A DNA stretch of 64,000 bases from NCBI RefSeq assembly GCF_046119375.1, contig NW_027362761.1:92132001-92196000 (forward strand), given 5' to 3'. The translations under genes and the position numbers were made by a program. The notes under the pieces are model-generated. The model was not told the DNA's origin, ran no database searches, and saw nothing but the letters and a program-made list of their open reading frames with translations. This document shows, piece after piece, positions 49,850-61,582 of this stretch. The DNA comes from Phyllobates terribilis (lineage: Eukaryota). How positions within the stretch are numbered: position 1 is the stretch's first letter; the number at the start of each line of letters is the position of its first letter.

Positions 49850-51590
49850 TACATGCCAGGATTGGGATGAGGGGTGCCATACATATCAAATTTGGGATGA
49901 GGGGGCCATGCATACCAAGATGAGAGATGGGGTGCCATGCATACCAGGATTGAGGTGAGGGGTGCCATGTATAGCAGATTTGAAATGAGGGTTGTCACGC
50001 ATACCAGGATTGGGGATGGGGGGGTGCCATGCATACCAGGATTGGGGATGAGGGGTGTCATGCATACGAGGATTGGGGATGAGGGGTTCCATGCATACCA
50101 GGATCCAGGATTGGGGATGAGGGGTGCCATGCATACCAGGATTGGGGATGAGGGGTTCCATGCATACCAGGATAGGGATGAGGGGTGCCATGCATACCAG
50201 GATTCAGATGATGGGTCATGCATACGAGGATTGGGAATGAGGGGTGCCATGCATACCAGGGTCCAGGATTGGGGATGCGGAGTGCCATGCATACCAGGAT
50301 TAGGGATGAGGGGTGCCATGCAAACCAGGATTGGGGATGAGGGGTGTCATGCATACCAGGATTGGGGATGAGGGGTGCCATGCATAACAGGATTGGGGAT
50401 GAGGGGTGCCATGCATACCAGGATAGGGATGAGGGGTGCCATGCATACCAGGATTCGGATGACGGGCCATGCATACCAGGATAGGGATGAGGGGTACCAT
50501 ATATACCAAGATAGGGATGAGGTGTACCATGCATACCAGGATAGGGATGAGGGATGGGGTACCATGCATACCAGGATAGGGATGAGTAGAGCCATGCATA
50601 CCAGGATGGGAGTGAGGGACCCATGCATGCCAGGATTGGGGATGAGGGAGCCATGCATACCAGGATAAGGCTGAGGGGGGCATGCATACCAGGATGGGGT
50701 ATGAGGGAGCCATGCATACCAGGATGAGGGGTGCCAAGCATGCCAGGATTGGGATGAGGGGTGCCATGCATACCAGGATTGGGGATTAGGGGTGCAATGC
50801 ATACCATGATTGGGGGTGAGGGGTGCCATGCATACCAGGATTGGGGGTGAGGGGTGCCATGCATACAGGATTGGGGGTGAGGGGTGCCATGCAAACCAGG
50901 ATTAGGGATGAGGGGTGCCATGCAAACCAGGATTGGGGATGAGGGGTGTCATGCATACCAGGATTGGGGATGAGGGGTGCCATGCATAACAGGATTGGGG
51001 ATGAGGGGTGCCATGCATACCAGGATAGGGATGAGGGGTGCCATGCATACCAGGATTCGGATGACAGGCCATGCATACCAGGATAGGGATGAGGGGTACC
51101 ATATATACCAAGATAGGGATGAGGTGTACCATGCATACCAGGATAGGGATGAGGGATGGGGTACCATGCATACCAGGATAGGGATGAGTAGAGCCATGCA
51201 TACCAGGAAGGGAGTGAGGGACCCATGCATGCCAGGATTGGGGATGAGGGAGCCATGCATACCAGGATAAGGCTGAGGGGGGCATGCATACCAGGATGGG
51301 GTATGAGGGAGCCATGCATACCAGGATGAGGGGTGCCAAGCATGCCAGGATTGGGATGAGGGGTGCCATGCATACCAGGATTAGGGATTAGGGGTGCAAT
51401 GCATACCATGATTGGGGGTGAGGGGTGCCATGCATACCAGGATTGGGGGTGAGGGGTGCCATGCATACAGGATTGGGGGTGAGGGGTGCCATGCAAACCA
51501 GGATTAAAGGTGAGAGGTGCCATGCATATCAGAATTGGGGGTGAGGGGTGCCATGCATACCAGGATTGGGGATGAGGGCAGCACAAATAC
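49850..51590. repeat. 32-bp minisatellite array with a ~602-bp higher-order duplication
   Basis: Unit GGTGCCATGCATACCAGGATTGGGGATGAGG(G); variant blocks recur 602 bp apart. Confidence 0.95.
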
Positions 51591-51719
51591 CAGGATGGGG
51601 GCAGCACAAATACCAGGATGGGGGCAGCACAAATACCAGGACGGGAGACCATATACCAATAAAAATGCTCACCACCCAGGCGTAGAATGGGCTCAATTGC
51701 TAGTATAGTTTAAAGGCAC

Positions 51720-52490
51720 TCGCATAGTCCTCCATAAAGTATAATGCACCCCATAGCCCATACAGTATAATGCACCCCATAGCCCATACAGTATAATGCA
51801 CCCCCATATAGTATAATGCACCCCATAGCCCATACAGTAAAATGCACCCCCATAGCCCATACAGTATAATTCACCCCCATATAGTATAATGCACCCCATA
51901 GCCCATTCAGTATAATGCACCCCCATATAGTATTATGCACCCCATATCCTATACAATATATTGGACCCCATAGCTCAAACAGTATAAATCATCCCATAGT
52001 CCATACAGTTCAATGCATCACCATATAATATAATGCACCCCCATAGCCTACTCAGTATAATGCACCCCCATAGCCCATACAGTACAATGCACCCCCATAG
52101 CCCATTCAGGATAATGCACCACTATAGCATATACAGTATAATGCACCCTCACAGCCCATTCAGAATAAGGCAGGCCCATATAGTATAATGCACCCCATAG
52201 CCCATTCAGTAGAATGCACCCCCATGGCCAATACAGTATAATGCACCCCCATATAGTATAATGCACCCCCATATAGTATAATGCACCCTATAGCCCATTC
52301 AGTATAATGCACCCCATTCAGTATAATGCACACCCCATATAGTATAATGCACCCCCATTCAGTAAAATGCACCCCCATTCAGTATAATGCACCCCTCATA
52401 TATTACAATGCACCCCATTCAGTATAATGCACCCCCATTCAGTATAATTCACCCCCCATTCAGTAAATGCACCCCCATAGCCCTCAATAC
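51720..52490. repeat. ~20-26-bp minisatellite
   Basis: cagtataatgcaccccatagcccata and shortened variants. Confidence 0.93.
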
Positions 52491-53778
52491 AGTTTAATGG
52501 CCACCAAAATGTTCTTAAACAGAAGTACAATACTCACCTCTCCTCCTTGTTCCCCGCTCATCCAGTCGCCGCAGCTTCTGTTCTGAATCTGAAGCATTGC
52601 ACATCTCATCGCAGAGGACGCCACTTAGTGACATCATCGCGCTGAGACGTCAGATATCGAGGAAAAATTATTTTTCATTTTTGTGCTTTTGTTTTTTGCT
52701 CCCCTTCTTCCCAGAGCCATAACTTTTTTAATTCTTGGTCAATATGGCCATGTGAGGGCTTGTTTTTTGTGGGGCGAGTTGTACTTTTGAAAAACACCAT
52801 TGGTTTTACCATATCATGTACTGGAAAAATGGAAAAAAGTCAAAGTGCGGTGAAAAAAAGTGCAACTTCACAGTTGTTTTTTAGTTGTTTTTTTTACCAT
52901 GTTCACTAAATGCTAAAACTGATTGCCATTATGGTTCTCCTGGTCATTACCAGTTTGCAGATACCAAACAAGTATAGGTTATTTTATATTTAAGTGGTGA
53001 AAAATAATTCCCAATTTGATAAAAAAAAAATGGCAACATTTTCTGAGACCAGTAGCATCTCCATTTTTTGGGATCTGGGGCTGGGTGAGGGATTATTTTT
53101 TGTGTACCGAGCTGACGTTTATTGATACCATTTTGGGGTAGATATGATGGTTTGATCGCCTGTTATTGCATTTTATTTCAATGTTGTGGTGACAAAAAAA
53201 AAATTCTAGCATTTTGATTTTTTTTCTCATTATGCCGAACAGATTAATTATTTTTATTCTTTGAAAGATCGGGCGATTCTGAATGTGGCGATACCAAATA
53301 TGTGCATTTTTTTTTTTTTTTTTATTGTTTTATTCTGAATGGGTAGGTGATCATACCCTTCCCCCCAAGGCTCTAGGTTAAAATGTAAGCTGCTTATGTA
53401 AGAAAACATGTCAAGACATGTTTTGTGAGAGAAGGCAGCCCCAGGTTCCCAAGGGTAATAAAAAACCAAGGGAGTTTGTAGTGTATAGTATCCCAAATTA
53501 TGATTATGTAAGCATGTGAAAAGCTAACCATACCTCATGGCCGTGTTTAAAAATAAAATACATTTATTGTAGCTTCACACAGATTACAGACCAATAATAT
53601 GAATAAAATAAATTACATATTTACGCTAATAGTGGGGCAGTGGGGTAATGTTATTTAGAGGTATACACAAATCAATAAATGGAAAAGGTGTAAAATAAAT
53701 CTAAAAAATACAGCATTATACAAGCAGGTCTATAAGTTACAAAAAACACATTAGTCCTATAACAGAAATAGAGCAAGA

Positions 53779-54297
53779 TCATATTTCGCAGGGCGGTGTG
53801 CAAGTCTGATTATATTCGCATACTGGCGTATGTAAAATCATGATAGAGTTAGAAATATTTCATACAAATACAGCTACTAGACGATCATTACGTTTTAAAT
53901 TATTTGTAAAGTTTTTCAGTATTCACTTCAATGTCATTCCCGCAGCGACGTGATACAACACGTAAATACAAAACTGTCCACAAAAACTCGACAGAGTCTT
54001 GAAGCTGGTTGTTCTGATGGCAATGCAATGAGGAGTTTCTTCTTAAAAATTGTATAATAGTCTTCGGAAATACACCGGCGTCAGGTTGTAACCCGCAACT
54101 GTCAAACTGTTCCTGCATAGAATAATGAGTAGCCAATGCGTACTGGGCTCTTCCGAAGAATCTGTGTTGATGATATAGGCTCTAGGTCTATACCTGATAA
54201 CGTGACGAGGTAAGAGGTCGCAGGGAAATACGCCGGCAAACATACTCCAAGTAACAGAATTTCATTGCAAAATGTCTGTAAATTACACAGTATTTAT
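53779..54297 (-). pseudogene. Adenain-like cysteine protease
   Basis: FAGVFPCD, YIINTD..EPSTHW (His), FDSCG (Asp), SSFCGQFCIY (Cys, in another frame); stops and frameshifts. Confidence 0.85.
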
Positions 54298-54342
54298 TAT
54301 AGACGAAGCCCGCGGTGGAGTTACAAAAGTTTAATTAAAGTC

Positions 54343-55550
54343 TTATAGGACTTCTCGACATTGGTTAATCTCCAGTACAGCCGTGTTGACTGCATAAACG
54401 ATCATATTCACAGTGTGGGGTGTGGCATCAGCAAAATGAATTTCGGCCAGTAGGTTACCTGATTTAATGAGCAAAAAGTGAGCGCTCGGTTCCTGATCTG
54501 GCGGCAAATTGAATGCGAAGAAAGTGTAGCCGCTCATAAAATTGGCACGGTCTATGGTTAATTCGGCGTCGGCTTTTGTTTTCGGGAGATGTGAAGAAGC
54601 GCCATATATTCCCTCACATCATGTTCAGCATCAAAATTAGGGTGAAACAGCTTGTCAGGAATCTACTGACCATTCAAATACAGAGCAGCGTGGTTGATCC
54701 GATAGTGGTGAAAGCAAAGTGGATTTTTCTGGTAAGTTCCGCTGAAGGCCTTGTTGTCCACAAAGCATAGAATCACCGTTTTTGGTATCTGTCCCAGAAA
54801 AAGATTTTCATGATTACTATTCCTCGTTCCTCCAGGTATGCTATAGACTTTCAAACAGGCTCTGTCTACAGCGTATTTAGCGAGGCTTTTTTTTTTATAG
54901 ACTTGTACTCTTTTTACGTAGAGGACGGCGTTCACGATCTGAACCTTAAACTGTTCCTGTTCGGTGGTCATAAGGCAAAACGAGTCCTTATTTCTTGATA
55001 ACTTGATCTTAAGATCTAGTCCATTCAAAATGAGTTTCGGTTGATTAAAAATGTCACCGAAGATCGGGCCCACTAGTTCCACAGGCCTTGAGAGACGGGT
55101 TGCGTGGGCTCTGCATGTGAACCCTTGTTTTTCGCTGTCGAGTATGGTGGTCTGGTGATGTTCGCAGTGTCTTTATAGAGTAATCCTGCTGTAAATTGCG
55201 ATCTCAGCGCTTGCGGACTGTAGTTTAAAAGCGTTTCAATGTAGGCCCGGTAACTATAAAGGTTATCAGATTGTGAAATCAAACGGTCCCACACGTGTGC
55301 CGGCCGTGAGAGCTGTACCATCCTGTTTCAGGATGCAGCACTGGACGTTCAAGAGTGTATTATTCAAATCGTAATAATATTCAGCTCTTCCCGATACAAA
55401 AAATTCCAGGGGGTCATTATCGGCTAGAGTGGCGATCCATTGCACTTTGACAAAAAGCAATTTTTCGATGCTAGTCTGCGTGGGAGGCACGGTAAAGATA
55501 TCCAGCTCGCTTTTAGCACACTCTATCGACGCGTTGTGAATAAACGCCAT
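54343..55550 (-). pseudogene. Maverick major capsid protein (double jelly-roll)
   Basis: MAFIHNASIECAKSELDIFTVPPTQTSIEK, YSYRAYIETLLNY, ELVGPIFGDIFNQPKLILNGLDLKIKL, GYTFFAFNLPPD; four frame pieces. Confidence 0.85.
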
Positions 55551-55559
55551 AACCGGCTA

Positions 55560-57565
55560 TTAGAAGATGTCACTCGTGAGGCGTCTTGAGGACTTCTGAC
55601 GAGAGCTCGATTTACGTTGAGCGGTGTTATTCATGAGGTGCAGCGGGAATCGCAGGGTGTGAGGTCTTTTTGCTCTTGGTAAAGAGTTTCTTTCTCTTTT
55701 TCTTTTATGCGTTTTTGTGGTTACGTAGATTAGTCCGTCACCCTCTTGGTTGTTTTTAGCATTGCGGTTCAACCTTTCCACTACGGCCGTAGACATACAC
55801 TGTGTGCAGAATTATTAGGCAAGTTGTATTTTAGAGGATTCTTTTTATTATTGATCAGCAACTATGTTCTCAATCAACCGAAAAGACTCATAAATATCCA
55901 AGCTTAATATTTTTGGAATTTGGAGTGGTTTTTTTTTAGATTTGGCTATCTTAGGAGGATATCTGTTTGTGCAGGTAACTATTACTGTGCAGAATTATTA
56001 GGCAACTTAATAAAAACCAAATATAATCCCATTTCACTTGTTTATTTTCACCAGGTAAACGAATATCAGTGCACAAAATTTAGAAATAAACATTTCTGAC
56101 ATGCAAAAACAAAAACCCAAAAAATTAGTGATCAATATAGCCACCTTTCTTAATGATGACACTCAACAGCCTTCCATCCAAAATTTCTGTCAGTTGCTTG
56201 ATCTGTTTTCGATCAACATTGGTTGCAGCAGTCACTACAGCCTCCCAGACACTGTTCCGAGAGGTGTACTGTTTTCCCTCCCTGTAGATCTCATATTTTA
56301 TGATGGACCACAGGTTCTCTATCGGGTTCAGATCAGGTGAACAAGGGGGCCATGTCATTATTTTTTCTTCTTTTAGACCTTTACTGGCCAGCCACGCTGT
56401 GGAGTAGTTGGATGCATGTGATGGAGCATTGTCCTGCATGAAAATCATGTTTTTCTTGAACGATACCGACTTCTTCCTCTACCCCTGCTTGAAGAGGTTG
56501 TCTTCCAGAAACTGGCAGTAGGTCTGGGAGTTGAGCTTCACTCCATCCTCAATCTGATAAGGTCCCACAAGTTCATCTTTGATGATACCAGCCCATACCA
56601 GTACCCCACCTCCACCTTGCTGGTGTCTGAGTCGGCGTTGAGCTCTCTGCCCTTTATTGATCCAGCCTCTGGCCCATCTATCTGGCCCATCAAGAGTCAC
56701 GCTCATTTCATCAGTCCATAAAACCTTTGAAAAATCTGTCTTAAGATATTTCTTGACCCATTCTTGACGTTTTATCTTATGTTTCTTGTTCAAAGGTGGT
56801 CATTTTTCAGCCTTCCTTACCTTAGCCATGTCCCTGAGTATGGCACACCTTGTGCTTTTTGATACTCCAGTAACGTTGCAGCTCTGAAATATGGCAAAAC
56901 TGGTTGCGAATGGCATCTTGGCAGCTTCACGCTTGATTTTGCTCAATTCATGGACAGTTATTTTGCGCCTTTTTTGGCCAACACCCTTCTTGCGACCCTG
57001 TTGGCTATTTGCCATGAAACGCTTGATTGTTCGGTGATCACGCTTCAAAAGTTTGGAAATTTCAAGACTGCTGCATCCCTCTGCAAGACATCTCACAATT
57101 TTGGACTTTTCAGAGCCCGTCAAATCTCTCTTCTGACCCATTTTGCCAAAGGAAAGGAAGTTGCCTAATAATTAAGCACACCTTATATAGGGTGTTGATG
57201 TCATTAGTCAACACCCCTCCTCATTACAGAGATGCACATCACCAGATTTACTTAATTGGTAGTTGGCTCTCAAGCCTATGCAGCTTGGAGTAGGACAACA
57301 TGTATAAAAAGTATCAAAGTGATCAAAATACGCATTTGCCTTATAATTCTGCACGCGGTGTACTTTTGATAGCGTCTTTAGCAATATTTCTTACGGACGT
57401 TTTTACATGCGGTTTGACTAGTTCTAGGCCTTTTCTGAAAAGCGGTACGGCTCTTCTAAAAAGACTCCTAAACAGACCGCCGAGGCAGGCGCCGTGCATG
57501 TATTCATCACCGCGGAATCCCTCTAATCCGTGCCCTGCTAGAGCAACATAGTACCGGTCATACAC
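55560..57565 (-). pseudogene. Small Maverick ORF (core-protein-like), split by a Tc1 insertion
   Basis: 57565-57361 (YYVALAGHG...LGGLFRSLFRR...AKDAIKS) rejoins 55797-55560 (MSTAVVER...KRKR...RRLTSDIF) in frame once the Tc1 and one TA are removed. Confidence 0.7.
55798..57360 (-). mobile_element. Tc1-superfamily element with DD37E spacing (TRT-like), 1563 bp
   Basis: Short TIRs CAC(T/C)G(T/C)GTGCAGAATTAT; TA TSD on both sides; transposase pieces MGQKRDLT..., WTDEM, QDNAPSH-(37 aa)-E; frameshifted. Confidence 0.92.
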
Positions 57566-58146
57566 AGCTAACTTCTACGGTCTGTAATAGTTGAACGTAG
57601 CTGTAGCCCACAAGCTGATGCTGAATTATATTAGTGTACACAAAAAGCGAATAAAAAGCCGCCTTTGAATCGGGGTAAAAACAGCGATTCCAGGGCATTA
57701 AAGCAGAGTGTGAATCATCGACGCTCTGTAGTGCGAAAATAAATTTTAGCTTAGTACCCAGAGCAAACTGTATAGGGGCTGGGTCGGGTAGGATTACCTC
57801 TCGACGTAGATCATCATACAGTATCCTGTAGGATGGCGTGGATAAATTCAGCGCTTCTATTCGTGCATTGACTGTAGCGACCAACTTCTGAATGTTCGGG
57901 TAAAATCCTGATTTTACGTGATAAGACTAACTGTTCGTTGTGTTAAGCGGTGTAGAAGTTCCCTTCAAAAGAGTCAAATGTGTTCCACGTATGGGGGTAC
58001 TGTATTTCCGTTAACGCCACTTCATAAGCTTCTGAAAGATGAACAGCTTTCGCTAACTTGGTGGTGTAGCTCGAAATAGTATTTTCGGTGTAGCTTTTGG
58101 ATGATGAATTGCTGGGTAGTGTAACGTAAAATGAACTGCCTTCCAT
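57558..58146 (-). pseudogene. Maverick minor capsid (penton-like) protein, internally deleted
   Basis: SFYVTLPSNSS...NTISSYTTKL...YEVALTEIQYPHTW and SLFVYTNIIQHQLVG..VQLLQTV motifs. Confidence 0.78.
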
Positions 58147-58149
58147 GCT

Positions 58150-59231
58150 TTATACATTTGTTAATTGATTTTCTTCTATCCAGCTGTTGAATTTATCGGG
58201 ATATCCTAACCACTTCACAAAATAAAGAATTGTACTGCGATGCCTGTGTTTTTTCAACACTTTTTCAATTTTGTAGATCCTATTAGCATCTTGCGGAACC
58301 TTTTGCAGTTCGTCTTCATAAAAAGATCCTTCTACGCATTCACCGCTCAAATCGCTTAATGCGTAGAGAGGTTTTTTGAATCGTGTATTTACGGACGAGA
58401 CCATGAAAATTTCACGCGTGTAGGCTTGCTCGTAGCCTTTTGAAAAAATATGCTTATACCGTACAATACGGACGTGATCCCCCGGTTTTAATAGAGGTTT
58501 AAATCTTTTCACGGTGGAGACGTCTTGATAAGCGCGACGTCATATGGTCATGGAGTTAGCTTTCGTGACAAAGACAGGACTGCATCTTATAGTGCGATGA
58601 TAAGCGTTATTGTAAGAGTGAACTAAATCAGGTAATACGTCTATATATCTAAATGTGTTATGAGACATTAAATAGCGCCACATACGCGTTTTCAACGTGC
58701 GATTAAATCTTTCCACGACTGCCGCTTTCACCGCATTATTCATAAAGAACTGATGTACGTTATACTCTTTACAAAGCGTAGTGACGGGCTTATTCATAAA
58801 TTCTTTTCCGCTATCCGTTTGTAATTTTTGCGGGATACGTTGGTCGCTTTTAAAAATCAACTCAAAAGCTTTTGCAAGCTCCTTGCCTGTCTTGGTCCAC
58901 AGGCCGATGACCCAGACATATTTGGATAGCACGTCTATGACCGTTAAAATAAATTTTAAATTGTCGTTATCACTCGCGTAGTAATTCATGCAGACAAGAT
59001 CCGCCTGCCAGAGACTATCCACATCGCTAACTATGATTTGATTTCTAATAAACCGTTTTCTTACGGATTTGTGTAGAGAATTCGCTTCTTGATTGCTAAG
59101 CCACTCTGCGACATCCTTTCTACGCATGTCTTATTTCTTAACGGAATTATAGAGACGCTGTACACCTCCATAGGAACCGGGTCTCTTGGCTGATATTAAT
59201 GCTTGTGCAACAGAGCCTCGATGTTAGGCAT
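58150..59231 (-). pseudogene. Maverick retroviral-type integrase with C-terminal chromodomain
   Basis: Y.....PGSYGG, WQADLV, LTVIDVLSKY, LQTDSGKEF, AAVVERFNRTLK; KIEKVLK...YFVKWLGYPDKFNSWI; stops and one frameshift. Confidence 0.9.
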
Positions 59232-59243
59232 TTTGAAAACAAA

Positions 59244-60039
59244 ATGGTGTTGGATTTAGATTCAGTCCTTAAAGAACTACACAGGATACTCATACAGGTA
59301 CAGGTACAACTTTTCATTATAGCTGCTTACCGCAGCGTCGTCACAAAATGTCTTCTGCTAAATTGCTAATGGTATGTTTTTAACTTCCTAGATCATAATT
59401 TTTATTATTATCATGGTTTGTGTAATGTTTATTTAATAGGTGTGTCCAAACTTTTGGTCTGTACTGTATATCCGAGCCATCTGTTCATTCAGATTATTAG
59501 CACGGGATATAGCGACTTTATACAATTAAGATTAGAAGGGGACGGTAGACTAAACCCAATCTATGGTTTTAAACAATGTAGAGAACATTTTGACACTACG
59601 GCGTTCCTAAATGCCGTGGGCAACGCATTGCAAAGCAGCGCAGAGCGCATCGCTGGTGCCCGTTTGAAATTGATAGTAAGCGTCGTTAGGAATAGACGGG
59701 GAGGTATAAAGCGCAGACGACTGAGATCTATAGTTTACACCCGAATTATTCGTTTGAGACGTCAAATGTTGTTTGATTTTAACAATTACGGATCTAATCT
59801 GTGTTTGGCCGCGTCTCTCTTTGCCTGACTGGCTGAAGACGACACACCTGATGCTGATTTAATGAAATGTGCGGCGGTGTTGCACAGAAATTTGAATCTA
59901 CCCGATGATCAACTAGTGAGCTTTAGCAACATTAGTGCGTTTGAGAAGTATTTCAACGTTACCATTAAAGTTCTGTACTTTAGTCAGGGAGACTGGCGCT
60001 ATTTTCACATGGATAAAGAACCCATAGACAAAATATTAT
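59244..60039 (+). pseudogene. N-terminal region of the Maverick protein-primed PolB, truncated by a hAT insertion
   Basis: ALQS...LKLIVSVVRNRRGG...NLCLAASL...AAVLH...FEKYFNVTIKV resembles Maverick PolB N-termini; no polymerase motifs before the cut at 60040. Confidence 0.6.
59420..59466. mobile_element. Tc1 terminal remnant
   Basis: ggtgtgtccaaacttttggtctgtactg followed by TA; its reverse complement is a CAGTACAG...AAAAGTTTGGACAC-type Tc1 TIR. Confidence 0.65.
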
Positions 60040-61582
60040 TAGTGATGAGCGAGCATACTCGCAAGTACTCGGTACTCGCCCGAGCATCTCAGTACTCAAG
60101 ATGCTCGGAGCTTGCCGATTACTTGCGAGATGCTCAGATGGCTGCTCGGGTCCCCTCCCTGCATGGTTGGCACTCTTTAGAGTGCCAATCAACATGCAGG
60201 GATTGCCTGCCACACACTGTAATGCCGCAGCCATGGTGGTTGTGGCATTACAGTGATTGGCTGGCCGCACAGCGTCATCAAGTCTATATCAGACCTGTCC
60301 CCAGTTTGCTGATCAAAGTAGTTACCTACTGTACAGGCCAGGTATTTAAAACCGTGTTTTCTCCGTCACACGGATCACATATACGTTTTCAGAAAATACT
60401 GCCATTTCTGGCCTCCATTAAAAATTTGTTTCAGTGTGTCAGTGAAGCAATTGACACCGGATTGCTGTTCAAAATAGTTGCCTACAGGCCAGATATTTAT
60501 AACTGTGGTTTCTCCATCACACGAATCACATATAAGTTCGCTCCAAATTCAGTCATTTGTAATGAGCGTGGAAGATATTGTCCTCCATTTAAAATGGGCA
60601 AGGCATGTGGCAAGGGACGGGGAACTGGACGTGATGGTGATGCTGTATATAGAGGCCGAGGACAAGGCCGTGGGCAAGCTGAAATTGTGCCACAGCAAAC
60701 ACCCACATCTTCTCGTCCGACTTTCCTGTCCCAATTCCTAGGAGATCGCACACACCACTATTGAACACATTGCAGTGTCAAAAGGTTGTTGGTTGGATAG
60801 TGGATAATGCTTCTAGTCACTTAGCCACCACCACCCCCACCCTGTCTTCCACACGGTCAAGTCTCAGTAGCCGTGAGTCTGGACTGCATATTCCTCACCC
60901 TGATCCTCCTTCCTTCCACCAGGCCGAGTACACGGAAACAAATGATCCTACACTTGGACACTCTGAAGAGCTGTTCACTTTTCCATTTATAGATTCGGGC
61001 CTTTCGCCAGGTCCACTTGAAGCGAGGCAAGAGGAGATCGTATGTAGCGATGCCCAAATATTTGATCAGCCACAGTCACACAAAGGCGACGGTGGGAAAG
61101 TGTCACAAGAGGTGGACGATAATGGGACATAATTGCCAGAAAGTCAGGAGGAGGACCAGGGTGCTGAAGTGGAAGACGAGGTGGTGGATGATATAGTAAC
61201 TGACCCAACCTGGCAGGAGGACATGCAGAGTGAGGAGAGCAGCACACAGGGGGAGGGAGGCAGAGCACCCCAACAGGCAGGAAGAAGCAGTGTGGTGGCC
61301 GCAGACAGAAGGCAGGCGACCATTCCCCGTAACACCAATACAAAGGAAGTTGCCAGTAAAACTCTTAGGTCTTCCTGAGTCTGGTTGTTTTTTAAAGACT
61401 CTGCCGATAACCCCAAAAAGGCCATTTGCACCACTTGACAGGTCAGGATCAGCAGGGGTGGCAAAACGACTAGCCTGACCATAACCAGCATGATCAGGCA
61501 CATGGCAACAAAGCACCCGACTTTGTGGGCCGAACCCCATGGTCCAGTAACAGTGTCTGAGGGTGGCATCATTCCTTCTTCC
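60040..61582 (+). mobile_element. hAT family A element, copy 4: left end and transposase N-terminus (ATG 60594)
   Basis: TIR TAGTGATGAGCGAGCA; colinear with 38314-35930 (reverse); interrupted by an LTR at 61583. Confidence 0.9.

Larger units (their letters stand above)
53779..60039. mobile_element. Maverick/Polinton (adintovirus-like) endogenous element, partial and decayed
   Basis: Compact cluster of protease, major capsid, small basic ORF, minor capsid, integrase and a divergent PolB N-terminus; no Maverick TIR or ATPase seen. Confidence 0.88.

Noticed and set aside
49813-52378. Long Pro/His/Gly-rich ORFs up to 288 aa
   Set aside because: Open frames produced by minisatellite units lacking stop codons.
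53340-53780. Maverick terminal inverted repeat
   Set aside because: No AGTAGT- or AGAGAG-type terminus or TSD was found.
59862-60764. 300-aa ORF as a single gene
   Set aside because: It is a chance read-through from the PolB fragment into the non-coding hAT left end at 60040.
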